Below are positions 8,961 to 20,639 of a stretch of 39,115 bases of DNA, piece after piece; the stretch's first letter is position 1; every line of letters begins with the position of its first letter. A model generated the notes under the pieces. That model searched no databases. It was not told where the DNA came from and worked only from the letters and a program-made list of their open reading frames with translations. The translations under genes and the position numbers were made by a program. Origin of the DNA: Octopus bimaculoides (Eukaryota); contig NC_068985.1 of assembly GCF_001194135.2 (NCBI RefSeq), forward strand, positions 61,999,179 to 62,038,293, read 5' to 3'.

Positions 8961-9734
8961 TATATTTCCAAGGTTTCAAATTTGTATATTTAAAAACGAT
9001 AGAGACTTCCAACACGATCGATTTTTATTCCATTTATTTAATTATTTACCATTCGATGTCAACATTTCTGTGCTCAACTCTATCCAGCGACTGATCCGTT
9101 GGATGTCTGACGTTTGGCACTTCCTCAGGAATGGCTTCCATTAGAACAAATGACCAAAAAACACAATTATCTATCAGAACAGATTATTNNNNNNNNNNNN
9201 NNNNNNNNNNNNNNNNNNNNNNNNNNNNNNNNNNNNNNNNNNNNNNNNNNNNNNNNNNNNNNNNNNNNNNNNNNNNNNNNNNNNNNNNNNNNNNNNNNNN
9301 NNNNNNNNNNNNNNNNNNNNNNNNNNNNNNNNNNNNNNNNNNNNNNNNNNNNNNNNNNNNNNNNNNNNNNNNNNNNNNNNNNNNNNNNNNNNNNNNNNNN
9401 NNNNNNNNNNNNNNNNNNNNNNNNNNNNNNNNNNNNNNNNNNNNNNNNNNNNNNNNNNNNNNNNNNNNNNNNNNNNNNNNNNNNNNNNNNNNNNNNNNNN
9501 NNNNNNNNNNNNNNNNNNNNNNNNNNNNNNNNNNNNNNNNNNNNNNNNNNNNNNNGTTCTAATGGACGCCATCCCTGAGGAAGTGCCAAACGTCAGACAT
9601 CCAACGGATCAGTCGCTGGATAGAGTTGAGCACAGAAATGTTGACATCGAATAGTAAATAAATGGAATAAAAATCGATCGTGTTGGAAGTCTCTATCGTT
9701 TTTAAATATACAAATTTGAAACCTTGGAAATATA
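8961..9734. mobile_element. Mariner-derived element with ~185-bp inverted arms around an assembly gap
   Basis: 8961-9147 is the reverse complement of 9556-9734 with an 8-bp indel and ~3 substitutions. The ends sit in TA. The arms read DIQRISRW..DRVEHRN.DIE*, a frameshifted mariner-like C-terminus. Confidence 0.55.
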
Positions 9735-9768
9735 TATATATATATACGAATTATACGTACGTACGTAT

Positions 9769-9836
<68 letters not shown>

Positions 9837-10407
9837 TCATAAATTCATACGCATCCATATACATACTCATTGACATATTCAGGTGTTCAGCGTATGGTGT
9901 TTATTACTGTATTGGGGTACTCCATAACCTATATAGAGAGGAACCACTTCCTGCACCACTAATCCCACCAGGATAGCCCCCTTTCCTGAGCGTGAAACTC
10001 TACACACGGAAGAAATATGTCCCCTCAGCACATAGGCATACGAACATCACAGACATCCAGAATATGATATAAGATAATGCAGACAAATTTGCTATCCGTA
10101 CAACTGTTTACCCAAAAGTGAAACGTAAAGGGGATAACCACTCAAAAGATGTCAACCAAGAGTAGCGCCTCTTGATTTATTCTTTTCTTTATGAGAATCT
10201 CCGCGACTTCAACAAGACTTTGTGTTTATCTAAAAGGGATATGAACATCATTCCTCCATGTGATCGGCTCGAAAAATTGTTTAGATATTAGGATATTTAC
10301 CTATTTTTCTCAACATGAAACCACTGGTAGCCTTAATTCACAAATAAAGAAATTCTATCCACCAATGCGGTGTTGAGCACTCATTTTCATCGTTTGACAT
10401 TTATGTA

Positions 10408-11645
10408 CAGGGGTTGGACAAAATAATTGAAACAGTAGAAATTTAACGCCTATATTTCAATGAGCCATTATATTACGAATATCCATCCACATTTTATTGT
10501 GTTTTTATGGTTTTGCATTGTAGATGGTTTTATTTATCTAATTTAATGATTATTTCTATCTCTTTTTCAGATCGTAGCATAAATTAAGTTAAGATGCGTG
10601 ACTTCAGTGAGTTTGAAAAAGGGCAAATTGTTGGAGTTCGAATAGCAGAAGCTTCCGTCACAAGAACAGCTGAACTCCTTGGTTTTTCGAGAGCTACCAC
10701 ATCAAGGACCATGACTGAATTTCAGAAGTAGGGCAGAACCTCCAGCAGAAGGAGTAAGTCCGGCAGGACTGCGAAGCTCACTGAAAGAGACCGACGAGTG
10801 TTGAATCGCATTGTGATGAAAATTCACCGGACAACTGCCCCTAAAGTGACTGCAGAATTGAATCAGCATCTGACTAGCCTAGTTTCGAACAAAACTGTTC
10901 GCCGTGAGCACGATAACGCCGGATATCATGCAAGACCCACCATCAGGAAACCTCTGCTTTCTCATCAAAACATTCAGAAAAGGCTGAACTGGTGTAGAGA
11001 TCACAAGGGATGATCGATAGACCAATAGAAGTAAGTAATATCTCCGAAGAGTTCAGTTTTTTTTTCTTTTCCCCGTTGCAGGGTGAGTTTATGTGTGGAG
11101 GCAGCCCGGGGAAGCTTTTAATCCTGACTGCCTTCTTCCTATAGTCAAGCACGGAGGAGGGTCTGTGATGGTTTGGGCAGCCATTTCTTAGGATTCTCTT
11201 GGTTCAGTCGTTGCCCTGCATGGAAGGATCAACAGCGATGATTATCTGAATATTTTGGGAAATTAATTCCTTCCCATGGTCCACACATTATTCCCTGATG
11301 GAGAGTGCAGCTTCCAAGATGACAATTCTCCAATACACACCTCTGATGTGGCTAAGAATTAGAATGAAGAGCATAGTAGTGAGCTACAGCACATGGAGTG
11401 ATGCCCTCAATCTCCAGATCTTAATATTATTGAGTATCTGTGGTACATTTTGGATCACCAAGTCGTTACCCTCTACCATCGTGTCTGCAACAGCTGGAGC
11501 AGGTTCTGCGGGAAGAATGGCTCAAGATTCCTCTCAATTCCTAGACGCATCGAAGCTGTTTAGAAAGCTAAAGGAGGACCAACTTCATACTAAATAAATA
11601 TTCACTGAATTTAACACGTGTTCCAATTATTTTGTCCAACTCTTC
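10408..11645 (+). mobile_element. Full-length Tc1-family DNA transposon (decayed)
   Basis: TIRs CAGGGGTTGGACAAAATAATTGAAAC and GTTCCAATTATTTTGTCCAACTCTTC, with TA on both flanks. Confidence 0.9.
10594..11593 (+). pseudogene. Tc1 (DD34E-type) transposase with stops and frameshifts
   Basis: MRDFSEFEKGQIVG (paired-like HTH), SGR..KLTERDRR, RKPLLS...[28 protein letters not shown] and PQSPDLNIIE motifs. Confidence 0.9.
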
Positions 11646-11944
11646 TATACGTATATGTATATATATATGTGTGTGTGTGTGAGGGTGTGTGGGGGGGGAG
11701 GGTGTACTCACATAATGTAAAACAGCAATTATTCGCCTGGTCTACACATCACTGCCTAGTCCTCAAGTGACTTTTGTGGAATCCTCTCCGTTACAGGAAT
11801 TCTGGTCAGTTCTCGAGCTTGAGAATACCTCCTCTTCCTCCACCTCCCTTTCTTCACTTACTCGCCAGTCTTGAAGAACCTGAATGATAGTCATGGAAGT
11901 TGTTCTTTCTCCCCTCAGTTATTATCAAACACATCTTTAACGAT

Positions 11945-12065
11945 GCAACTAGAACTACTGCTATTGCTGCTACCACCACTACCGCCACCACTACAACCGT
12001 CACCACCGCCGCCGCCACTGCCGTCACCGCCATCGCCACCACCACTACTATAGCAGCAGCATCAA
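11945..12065. repeat. Compound (ACC/GCC/ACT) trinucleotide repeat
   Basis: Direct reading. Confidence 0.8.
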
Positions 12066-12331
12066 TTACATTAGCAACAACAGGAAAGGCAACCGACAGC
12101 TTGGAAAGAAAAACAAATATAAAATGAATATAAACAATTACAATGACAACAAAAACAGAAACAACTATAACTAGATTAGTAAAGCCAGTAATTAGTCTTC
12201 AGTAATTAGTTGCATTATTGTTTACTTAATATTCATTACAGTACAGAGTCCAGAATAAAATATCCCTAGAGTCCCTCCTAGGTTTTTATTTTCCAGAAAC
12301 ATACGTCTAAAATGTTCGAGTTTCTCAGCAA

Positions 12332-12515
12332 GAAGGCAGTGAGCTGGCAGAATCGTTAGCGCGTCGGTCAAAAGGTTTAGTGGCATTTCTTGCGGCTCGT
12401 TATGTCTTAAGTTCAAATTCCGCTGAAGTTGACTTTCTTTCTTGGGCCTTTCGAGGTCGATAAAATAAAGTACACTAATCCCTCGCATTAAAATTGCTGA
12501 CATTGTGCCAAAAAG
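12332..12515 (+). mobile_element. tRNA-derived SINE, family 2
   Basis: GAAGGCAGTGAGCTGGCAGAATCGTTAGC head, AGTTCAAATTCC B-box, CCTTTCGAGGTCGATAAAATAAAGTAC core. Confidence 0.8.
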
Positions 12516-13294
12516 AAAAAGAATAAAGAAAATTGAAACAATTGTTTCTCGGCAGTGTGTTTATTTATATCATAAGGTAATATTCAAGTCTGATTCTATC
12601 TCATATAGATATTACCAAATATAGTAGTGAACCAGTCTAGAATCATCATGGGGGCAACGGGTGGTCTCTACATATGTCATAAATAGCAACGATATTTCCC
12701 TCAAATCACATTTTAACACCTTAAAAAAGAAAAAGAAAACAATTGAACAATAACTTCTTCGATTCTGTATCTGAAATATAATGTGACAAACACGGCCGGA
12801 ACACTTGTGATCACTAATATGAAACTAAACAATGAAAGCGTTTAAGTCTGACATGAATTATAATCGTGGAACAGCAGAATCAGAGCCAATGATTTGACTC
12901 TCGCCTTTAGGAATGATATCAGAGATACATTCGTGTTGCAATAAACTAATATCAACAACTGGACATTTGAGATAAAATTTAGAATTGGATGTCTTTCAGT
13001 ATCCAGGCCGTCTTTCAGTATCCCATGGCAACTCGGTATCATTAGAAATGCATTCCTGGTGTAGAAGGACCTTACGTGTTATTTGTAACACAGTATGTTA
13101 CTTCTGACCCAGTTTGTCATCTGTGTCATATGACAGTAATCCTTAGATAAAGATTTCTAACATTGGGACAAAGTATGGTATAAATTCATACATTTTTTGA
13201 ATGAGTAAAATTTATTTTAATTACAACAGCGTATTACTAGACGTCGATGGCATATGAATTCAGAACCCACAAAAAAAAAAGACTGAATATATAA

Positions 13295-13701
13295 CTCTTT
13301 TACTCTTTTACTTGTTTCAGTCTTTTGACTGTGGCCATGCTGGAGCACCGCCTTTAGTCGAGCAAATCGAACCCAGGACTTATTCTTTAGAAGCCTAGTA
13401 CTTATTCTATCGGTCTCTTTTGCCGAACCGCTAAGTTACGGGGACATAAACACACCAGCATCGGTTGTCAAGCAATGTTGGAGGGACAAACACAGACACA
13501 CAAACACATACACACATACATATATATATACGTATATACGATGGGCTTCTTTCAGTTTCCGTCTACCAAATCCACTCACAAGGCTTTGGTCGGCCCGAGG
13601 CTATAGTAGACGACACTTACCCAAAGTGGCACGCAGTGGGACTGAACCCGGGACCATGTGGCTGGTAAGCAAGCTACTTACCACACAGCCACTCCTACGC
13701 C
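13295..13701 (-). mobile_element. Full-length tRNA-derived SINE, family 1, with 7-bp TSD
   Basis: tRNA-like head, core, internal (CA/TA) microsatellite and 3' GCTCCAGCATGGCC...GACTGAAACAAGTAAAAGA tail. Flanked by TATATAA at 13288-13294 and 13702-13708. Confidence 0.9.
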
Positions 13702-14544
13702 TATATAAGTAGATAAATATTAAATAAATATATAAATAAATAGTTTTCAACAAGCTATAACCACGCCTCGGTTTCACCTTATTGGCTATAGTACCGCCTC
13801 TGTGCAAAGCTAAATAAATAGCGAAAAATAAATAAATAAATAAAGAAAGAAAGAAAGAAAGAAGGAACGGGCAAGCAAATGACAAGTGGGAGAAAGTAAG
13901 GAAAGTGTTGAAAACCGAAACAGACGTATGAGAGATATTTGTATGGAACCAACTCCCATGGCAATCCAATTGACCATTGAGACAACAAATAGAGTCTCTG
14001 ATTATTGGCAAGAATTAAGATATATCCAGGAATACCAAGAATAGAGAAGATATTTAAGAATGAAGAACTTGCTGAAGCAATGGTTTTCCAAGCATTATTT
14101 CGAAGAAGGTTGAATAATGTTAAGAGCAACCTTAGTAAAGAAATTACCCATGACCCATTGAGTCACCTGGAAAGTCTGAGTTTCCCAGCAATGGAGTTTT
14201 GTTTCATGGTCTTTTTTTTATTTTCCAGGTTATTTCGCATGCTTTCAACGAATGTGACATCGAAATCACGCATAAACGGCTCCTTTCCCCAGAAAGAAAC
14301 CGTTTTCTTGCAAGCCTTGCTATCACGTAACAGGTGTTTCGGGTCCTTTATCGTGAATAGCAGTTACATGGTAGCAGGGCGTATTAGAAATAACAGCCAA
14401 ATCTTTGGAGCTGAGACACGTTGAAGGTACTCGAAAAAAATTTTGTAATGGTATTCCCTTGGGGCGATCTTTTGTTTTGACTCTCAGAACTGTCGCTTTG
14501 ACTCTAAGAACTGTCATCCGAATCAGCTGGTTTTGTTCGTTAAT

Positions 14545-14857
14545 TTCCGTAGAAAATTTTTATTTATTTACTTTGTTTTAAAGTGAAAGACAGGAGAAAG
14601 TGAAAGATGTATGAACGTGTATATGAAATGGACGTGTGTGTGTGTGTGTATGTGTGTGAGAGAGAGAGAGAGAGAAAGAAAGAGAGAGTGCCACTTACAC
14701 ATACATGAGAACACACGTTCACTCACTCACTCTCTCTCTTTCTCTTTCACACACACACACACACAAACGCACATATGCACACGTACATACAAAAAAGATG
14801 CATACATATGTATTGGTGGATGTACGTATACATGACAACACAACCCTTCACTCTATA

Positions 14858-14899
<42 letters not shown>

Positions 14900-15481
14900 C
14901 TCTCTCTCTCTCTCTGTCTTCCTCTCTCTCTCTCTCTTTCATTCTCTCTCTTTCACTTTAAAATAAAAGTAAATAAATAAAACTTTTTTATGGAAATTGA
15001 CTTGAAAATAATTTTAAAATGAGCGTTAAAATATAATCTGTTTAAAGAAAGCTAAAATATAAATACCTACTGTACATTTTTGAAATCACATTCAGTTGAA
15101 AATATTTCTAAATGATTAAAATATTGTGTACATCAAAAAGTCGACTTTTCTTTTCTTAAAGAGCGCGAAGACTATGTGTGTTTGTATGTCACAGATATCG
15201 GACGTGTGTTTGAGTTGATTGACACGCCATAACATTCATTATATGTGTGTGTATTCTTCTGTATGTGTTGACGTCACGGAAGCCATGTTCTTTTTCGTCA
15301 AGAAATAACAAACAAAAATTGTGTTTATTCGTTTTCATATATGAATAGAGGTTCAAATGTCACAAAAATGTGTACTGCACTGCCGTAGGTAACTATGAAA
15401 ATAAATATGCAAAAATATTTAGGGATAAACTATACTATATCTGAGATATTTCGGGTACAAATAAATGTTTATTTGTACCCG

Positions 15482-15572
<91 letters not shown>

Positions 15573-15715
15573 ACATACACACGTCCATTTCATATACACT
15601 TACATACATCTTTCACTTTCTCCTCTCTTTCACTTTCTCCTCTCTTTCACTTTCTCCTCTCTTTCACTTTAAAATGAAAATGGAAATTGACTTGAAAATA
15701 ATTAAAAAATGAGTT
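14545..15715. repeat. Fold-back-like structure: inverted and direct copies of a CTTTCACTTT/GGAAATT module interleaved with (CT)n, (CA)n and (GA)n
   Basis: 14578-14640 is the reverse complement of 15577-15675. 14545-14595 is the reverse complement of 14950-15000. 14990-15025 is a direct copy of 15680-15715. Confidence 0.65.
15269..15282 (+). promoter_or_regulatory. Adjacent CRE palindrome and ETS-like core
   Basis: TGACGTCA immediately followed by CGGAAG. Motif match only. Confidence 0.25.
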
Positions 15716-15999
15716 TTAGTTTTAGAGTTTTAGTATTATTAAGATTAGTACAGATTAACGTAAGTTTAGAGCCTAATTACTTGATAATGAGAATGAAAAC
15801 AGAACTTGCAAAATCCGCCGAGTCATAACTGGAAAGTGTGAGTAGGAAAATGTCTGGATTTTGTTGATCTGAGAATGAAAGTGCTTTTGCCATAATCATT
15901 ATATTTTTCATTCAGACACAGTGTATCTAGGACTACTTTATCTAATGTACAGTAGTTAACTTGAATCAGTTTTCCTATTCAGTACGAGGTCATATCTTA

Positions 16000-16196
16000 T
16001 CCACTACCATCACCATCACAATCACCAAAACCACCACCAATAACAACAACACTACCACCGCCGCCGCCACCGCCATCGCCGCCTGCCGTCGCCGCCATTG
16101 CTTTCGCCGCCATCGCCGTCACCGCCATCGCCGTTGCCGCCACCATCACCACCACCACCACCATCATCATCATCAACATCATTATCATCATCATTA
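16000..16196. repeat. Compound (ACC/GCC/CAT) trinucleotide repeat
   Basis: Direct reading. Confidence 0.85.
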
Positions 16197-17230
16197 ACTG
16201 TGGAATGAGTAACCCCAAGATTTTCCAGCTGAATATGTCAGAATAAACACGTCTTGCATTTTTCAGTAAGAAAGAAATTGTAGGATTCAAGCGAGAGTTA
16301 GTGCTACTTCAAGAAAACTTGCTACCAGAAAGGGATTTTCTGTAATCTTCGAGACATATTTGCAATCATAAGAGAAAAGTGTGTGATCAATAACATTCCT
16401 GTCGTGACGGTCCTGTCTTCTTGAAATATGGATGTATCTACGACTACATTACACAACGAGTGCCTTCCTTTTCTAATTCGGTAAGGTATGATTTGAGGAA
16501 GATTTAGCTGATATTTCTTGAAGGCCGAGAGCCATGTAGAAGTTGTTTATTTGCCTATGTGCATTAAAGATTAAATTTGAAGATGAAAAATGACCAAAAT
16601 ATTTTGAACTTTGGTCGGAATATCAAAAGTAACGAGACTCCAGGAGGTGAGCAGACCAATGCAAGTCAAATTCCTTATTACATACATAAAGTCTCCAAGA
16701 AGAAATTCAATATTTAAAAATTTATGCCCACTGTCGTGGAATAGAAATATTTCCAGTAGTATGTATGAAATATAGAAAACACTTCATGAAGGAAATATAG
16801 ATGGTGACAGATATTTCGGTTCAGTGTTAGTAACGGATATCAACGAAATCTTATCATAACAGAAGACCAAATGTAAATTCTTTGAATATTAATGCTTTTT
16901 GTATATTATAAGAGAACTCATTGTAGCAGAGGCTATATACACGCGCGCGTGCGCGAATGCATGCACGTGCTCGTATAAAATAATATATTTATATAAAGAC
17001 ATGTTAAAATTGCAGAAAAATAATGATTCATGAATATTTATAACGTCTCTATATTCAAGATATGTGTGTATGTGTGTATGTATGTGCGTGCGCATGTATG
17101 TGTGTATGTTTGTAATACACAATATATAGGTTAGTGTTAAAATATTAAGAGTTGTAAACTTGAAGAATATATTTAGAATTGCTTAACCAATGTTGAAAAA
17201 TCAACATTACCTCATATTATTATCATTATT

Positions 17231-17991
17231 ATTACCTCTGCCTTAGCGAAGGCATTGTTTTAATCGTGTTTGTTTGTCTGTTTATTTGTTTGCTTGTTTG
17301 TCCGTGGACAAGATATCTCAAGAACTGCCAGATGGATTCGGAGCAACTTTCAGAGATGTTTGGCCTCGTGACTAGCAGGAACTGATTAGATTTTGGTATC
17401 GATCCCGTAACGGGCAAGGATTCTGGATTATTTGTTACATTTAATTTGCTTTACATGAAGTATTACGATCTTACGTTCACTTTCCAGTCTTTCTCTGATT
17501 ATCTCTCTTGAAAGCACACTTATGGTTTCCACATAAGTTATGGCGGCATTGTTGTTAAACCTCCGTTAACAACACCGTATGCAAGTCCTTTCCGTTTTCT
17601 TTCACGCGCGGATAAATTTTTCACTATAGACCTTAATGGTCGTAAAGACACTATATCAGTGGATAGACTAAAAAAGGCCTTCATAGAGAAAACTGCCTCT
17701 GTTCCCACTGCAGACGACACACATACCATTACAAACACGGCTCACACACCCACATTCACATTTCATGACTACTATTGGGATCGATCAGGTACCAGACAAG
17801 GATTTTGGATTATTTTTCCGGTATTTTTACTTAATTTTTGAGAGCCGTCGGGTTCATTTTTAGTATTCTCGTTTGTGAAAACAGTCGAGTTTATTTCAGA
17901 TATTCTCATTTTAAAAATCATCTCTGGCTAATCGTTGAGAGGATGTTGGTGCTGCTTTGGTGGAGGATTACGCTCTCTGAGTGCTCTTGTT
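17231..17991 (+). mobile_element. Helentron-associated non-autonomous element (HINE/DINE-1-like)
   Basis: 5' ATTACCTCTGCC subTIR plus GCCTT-AGCG-AAGGC hairpin, then a (GTTT/GTCT)n tract. 3' GGTGGAGGAT subTIR plus CGCTC-TCT-GAGTG hairpin, then T-rich flank. Confidence 0.7.
17554..17688 (+). pseudogene. Ty3/Gypsy integrase C-terminal (GPY/F) fragment inside the HINE
   Basis: VKPPLTTPYASPFRFLSRADKFFTIDLNGRKDTISVDRLKKAFIE, recognisable as the Gypsy PL.PPY.GP(Y/F)...F.I...G....VS.DRLK.A motif. Confidence 0.75.
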
Positions 17992-18036
<45 letters not shown>

Positions 18037-18039
18037 ATT

Positions 18040-18295
18040 AAGGCAGAGGTCGACTTTGCCTTTCATCTTTTCGGGGTCGATAAATTAATTACCAGCGAAA
18101 CACTGAGGTCGATGTAATCGACTGGTCACCTCTACCAAAATTTCAGGCCTTGTGCCTATAGTAGAAAAGATTATTATTATATTATTTTCATTCTTTCGAG
18201 ATCGATAAAGTTGAGTACTGGGTTTGATGTCCACATCCTCCAAATTTCAGGCTTTGTGACTTTTGTTGAAAGGATTATTATTATCATTATTATTT
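18040..18295 (+). mobile_element. Two tandem 5'-truncated family 2 SINE copies
   Basis: GAGGTCGACTTTGCCTTTCATCTTTTCGGGGTCGATAAA...AAATTTCAGGCCTTGTGCCTATAGTAGAAA-(ATT)n, followed by a shorter repeat of the same core and tail. Confidence 0.8.
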
Positions 18296-18299
18296 TTAT

Positions 18300-18810
18300 T
18301 GAGTGAGAGAGCAGTGCAGTATGGTACAAATATACGAAGCGCCATATACCCATCATAACTACACGTCTGATAAGGGTACATCAGGCACATGCAACACAAC
18401 CATATGTGCGTAACATAGTGATCTCAAATCAAGATAAACAGCGCATGACCTTGCAGGTAAGACCCAGTTAGAATCTTGTTCAAGTCGAGTTGTCCATCCC
18501 ACTTGAAAATCCCTGAGAAAGGTTTGTTCTTAGATGAGGAACGAAATACCCATGTTTCCAGAAATGAATTATTCAAATCCCAAAGAATTCTTCTCAGCAC
18601 ATGGTTATGGTGTTTCCCCACTACTCCTGCTCATAATGGGAGAAGCACATATCGTCAGCCACTAAGGGACATGCTCAAATGTTTAAGGTCAAGCAACTGA
18701 CAAGCAAATCTGTGGTATTGAGTAGAATATTTGCTGTAGCCCATCTTTTATACCAAGATAAAACAATGCACGTAACACTTCCAATCAACTAAAAACAAAA
18801 GCCTTCCAAT
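18300..18810. repeat. Unclassified interspersed repeat-like segment
   Basis: Higher-GC non-coding segment between SINE tails and the Chapaev TSD. I recognise it only from memory as a common octopod repeat and found no diagnostic motif. Confidence 0.3.
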
Positions 18811-18822
18811 CAGTCAAGATTA

Positions 18823-20393
18823 TACTGTACAACAATGAGGAAAAAAACGGAATTGAGAATGACCTTTTCTATGATTATTTTGTGTGTAGATCACGAATAT
18901 AACATCCGTTTCTTTCTGTGACCCTCCAGTTTCTCGTAATTTTGAGATAATTTTAATGGGGTGTTCTTAATGTATTTACCAATCTAACCTATGAAAATTA
19001 TAAAAGTACACTTAAAATTTTTATAGTCATATGGGTCCAAATCCGTGGTTTATCTGACAAGAAACCACACCTCATCTTCCGACCTGAACTCAATTATCTA
19101 GTTCGTGATCTAACGCTTACTAAGCACAGATTGAAGTCCTGGCTTACGTCTACAACAAGGAACCTGTGGGATAAAGATGCTCGAATTATAGTATTTAGGA
19201 AGAGTTCTGCAGATCTACAGCAATTCTCAACTTTGGAAAACAACTTGACTTATTGTAATTATATCAGAGACCTATTTAATGCCCTTGAGCTGATCCATGA
19301 ACCAAATGAGTGGAGGCTATTCATAGATGCATCCCTTTACAGCATAAAAACGGTTCTGTTGCACATTGGGAACACCATACATTCAGTTCCAATTGCTCAC
19401 TCAGTCATTTTAAGAGAGGCATATTAGAACCTCGCTTTTATTCTAGAAAGCATAAGTTACAAGAAGCATGAGTGGCTAATTTGTGAGGACTTGATTGTAG
19501 TAGCCCTATTTAACTGGCTACAAACTGGATACACCGAGTTTACGCGGCTCCTTTGCAAGTCGGACAGTAGGGTCAGATAAAAACATCCTGTACGCTCAGA
19601 TAGGCCACCTCGGGAAATTATGACACTTGGTTGCCATAAATTATATCATGAGTCAGTGGTTAAGGAGAAAATCATTTTGCCACCAGTGCATATAAAACTA
19701 GTCCTAATGAAGCAATTTACCAAAGCACTGCAACGTAATAAGCTATGTTTCAAATACCTCAAGGCGATTTTTCCTAAAATAGGCGATGCCAAGATTAAAG
19801 AGGGCATATTCCTAGGCCCTCAGATTCGTCAACTTATAGCTGATGAGGACTTCGAGGCGACAATGGAAAAAACTAGCTAGCCACCTGTAATATGTCACTG
19901 AAAATACATTTGTTTCGTTCTCATCTGTCCTTCTTCTCAGAGATTGCAGGAGATATGAGTGATGAACATGGAGAGAGATTCCATCAAGATATAGCATCAT
20001 TGGACAACAGGTATAAGCGAAAATGGAGCCCAGCTATTCTAGCTAACTTCTGCTGGAACCTAAAGCGCGACAAGCCTGAGACGTCTTATAAACGAAGAAG
20101 TAAACTAAAATGTAGGTTAATACGTTATATAATGCTAACAAACATGCCGATTCATTATATATTTATGAATTAATTGCAATGGACATATTTAATCTGACTT
20201 TGGGAGCAATATAAATTTATGGTATCTTAGAAATTGGTATAAAGTTCATAGTTATTAAGTCGGTAATTTACAAGAAAATGTGACGTGATAGGAAATTTTT
20301 GCTATAAAATTCGAATTTAGCACAATCAACATCATAATAAAATGTACATATGAATTAGGTTTTTTTCTTGACTCTGAAATTTGTTGTACAGTC
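18823..20393 (+). mobile_element. Chapaev3-type (CMC superfamily) DNA transposon, internally deleted
   Basis: Termini TACTGTACAACAA and TTGTTGTACAGTC, each one base from CAC..GTG. Identical 3-bp TTA flanks at 18820-18822 and 20394-20396. Confidence 0.7.
19065..20110 (+). pseudogene. Chapaev3-type transposase remnant
   Basis: EWRLFIDAS..S.KTVLLH.GN...SVPIAHSV, LPPVHIKL.LMKQFTKA, AKIKEGIFLGPQIRQL and MSLKIHLFRSHL.FF.E..G.MSDEHGERFHQDI motifs, broken by stops and deletions. Confidence 0.75.
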
Positions 20394-20407
20394 TTATAAT
20401 TATGATT

Positions 20408-20639
20408 GAAGGCAGCAAGCTGGTAGAATTGTTAGCACACTGGACGAAATGCTTAGCAGTATTTCGCCCGTCGCTATATTTTGGATTCAAATTCCGCCGA
20501 GGTCGATATTGCCTTTCATCCTTTTGGTGTCGATAAATTAAGTACCATTGAAACACAGGGGTCGATGAAATCGACTTACTTCCTCTCCAAAATTTCATAT
20601 CCTGCGCCTTTAGTAGAAAGGATTATTATTATTATTATT
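20408..20639 (+). mobile_element. Full-length family 2 SINE with (ATT)n tail
   Basis: Head GAAGGCAGCAAGCTGGTAGAATTGTTAGC, B-box GATTCAAATTCC, core GCCTTTCATCCTTTTGGTGTCGATAAATTAAGTACC, (ATT)n tail. Confidence 0.85.

Noticed and set aside
9114-9589. Long ORFs containing X runs (also 20881-21595, 22651-23165, 25202-26001, 30374-31201, 32150-32581)
   Set aside because: They are open only because N-gaps contain no stops.
11856-11873. Possible 18-nt minus-strand microexon (CAG|GTTCTTCAAGACTGGCGA|GTAAGT)
   Set aside because: No polypyrimidine tract upstream; such matches arise by chance.
12535-12548. GAAACAATTGTTTC palindrome resembling stem III
   Set aside because: No upstream CUGANGA box.
13620-13701. 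tRNA gene
   Set aside because: The A/B boxes belong to SINE heads, with no complete cloverleaf. The same applies to the other SINE copies.
16805-16875. Minus-strand CCGAAAT-ATCT-GTC with upstream CTGTTATGA
   Set aside because: The core cannot be aligned without multiple insertions.
19131-20173. Host protein-coding gene in three consecutive ORFs
   Set aside because: The ORFs are pieces of one transposase bounded by TIRs and a TSD, with in-frame stops and deletions.
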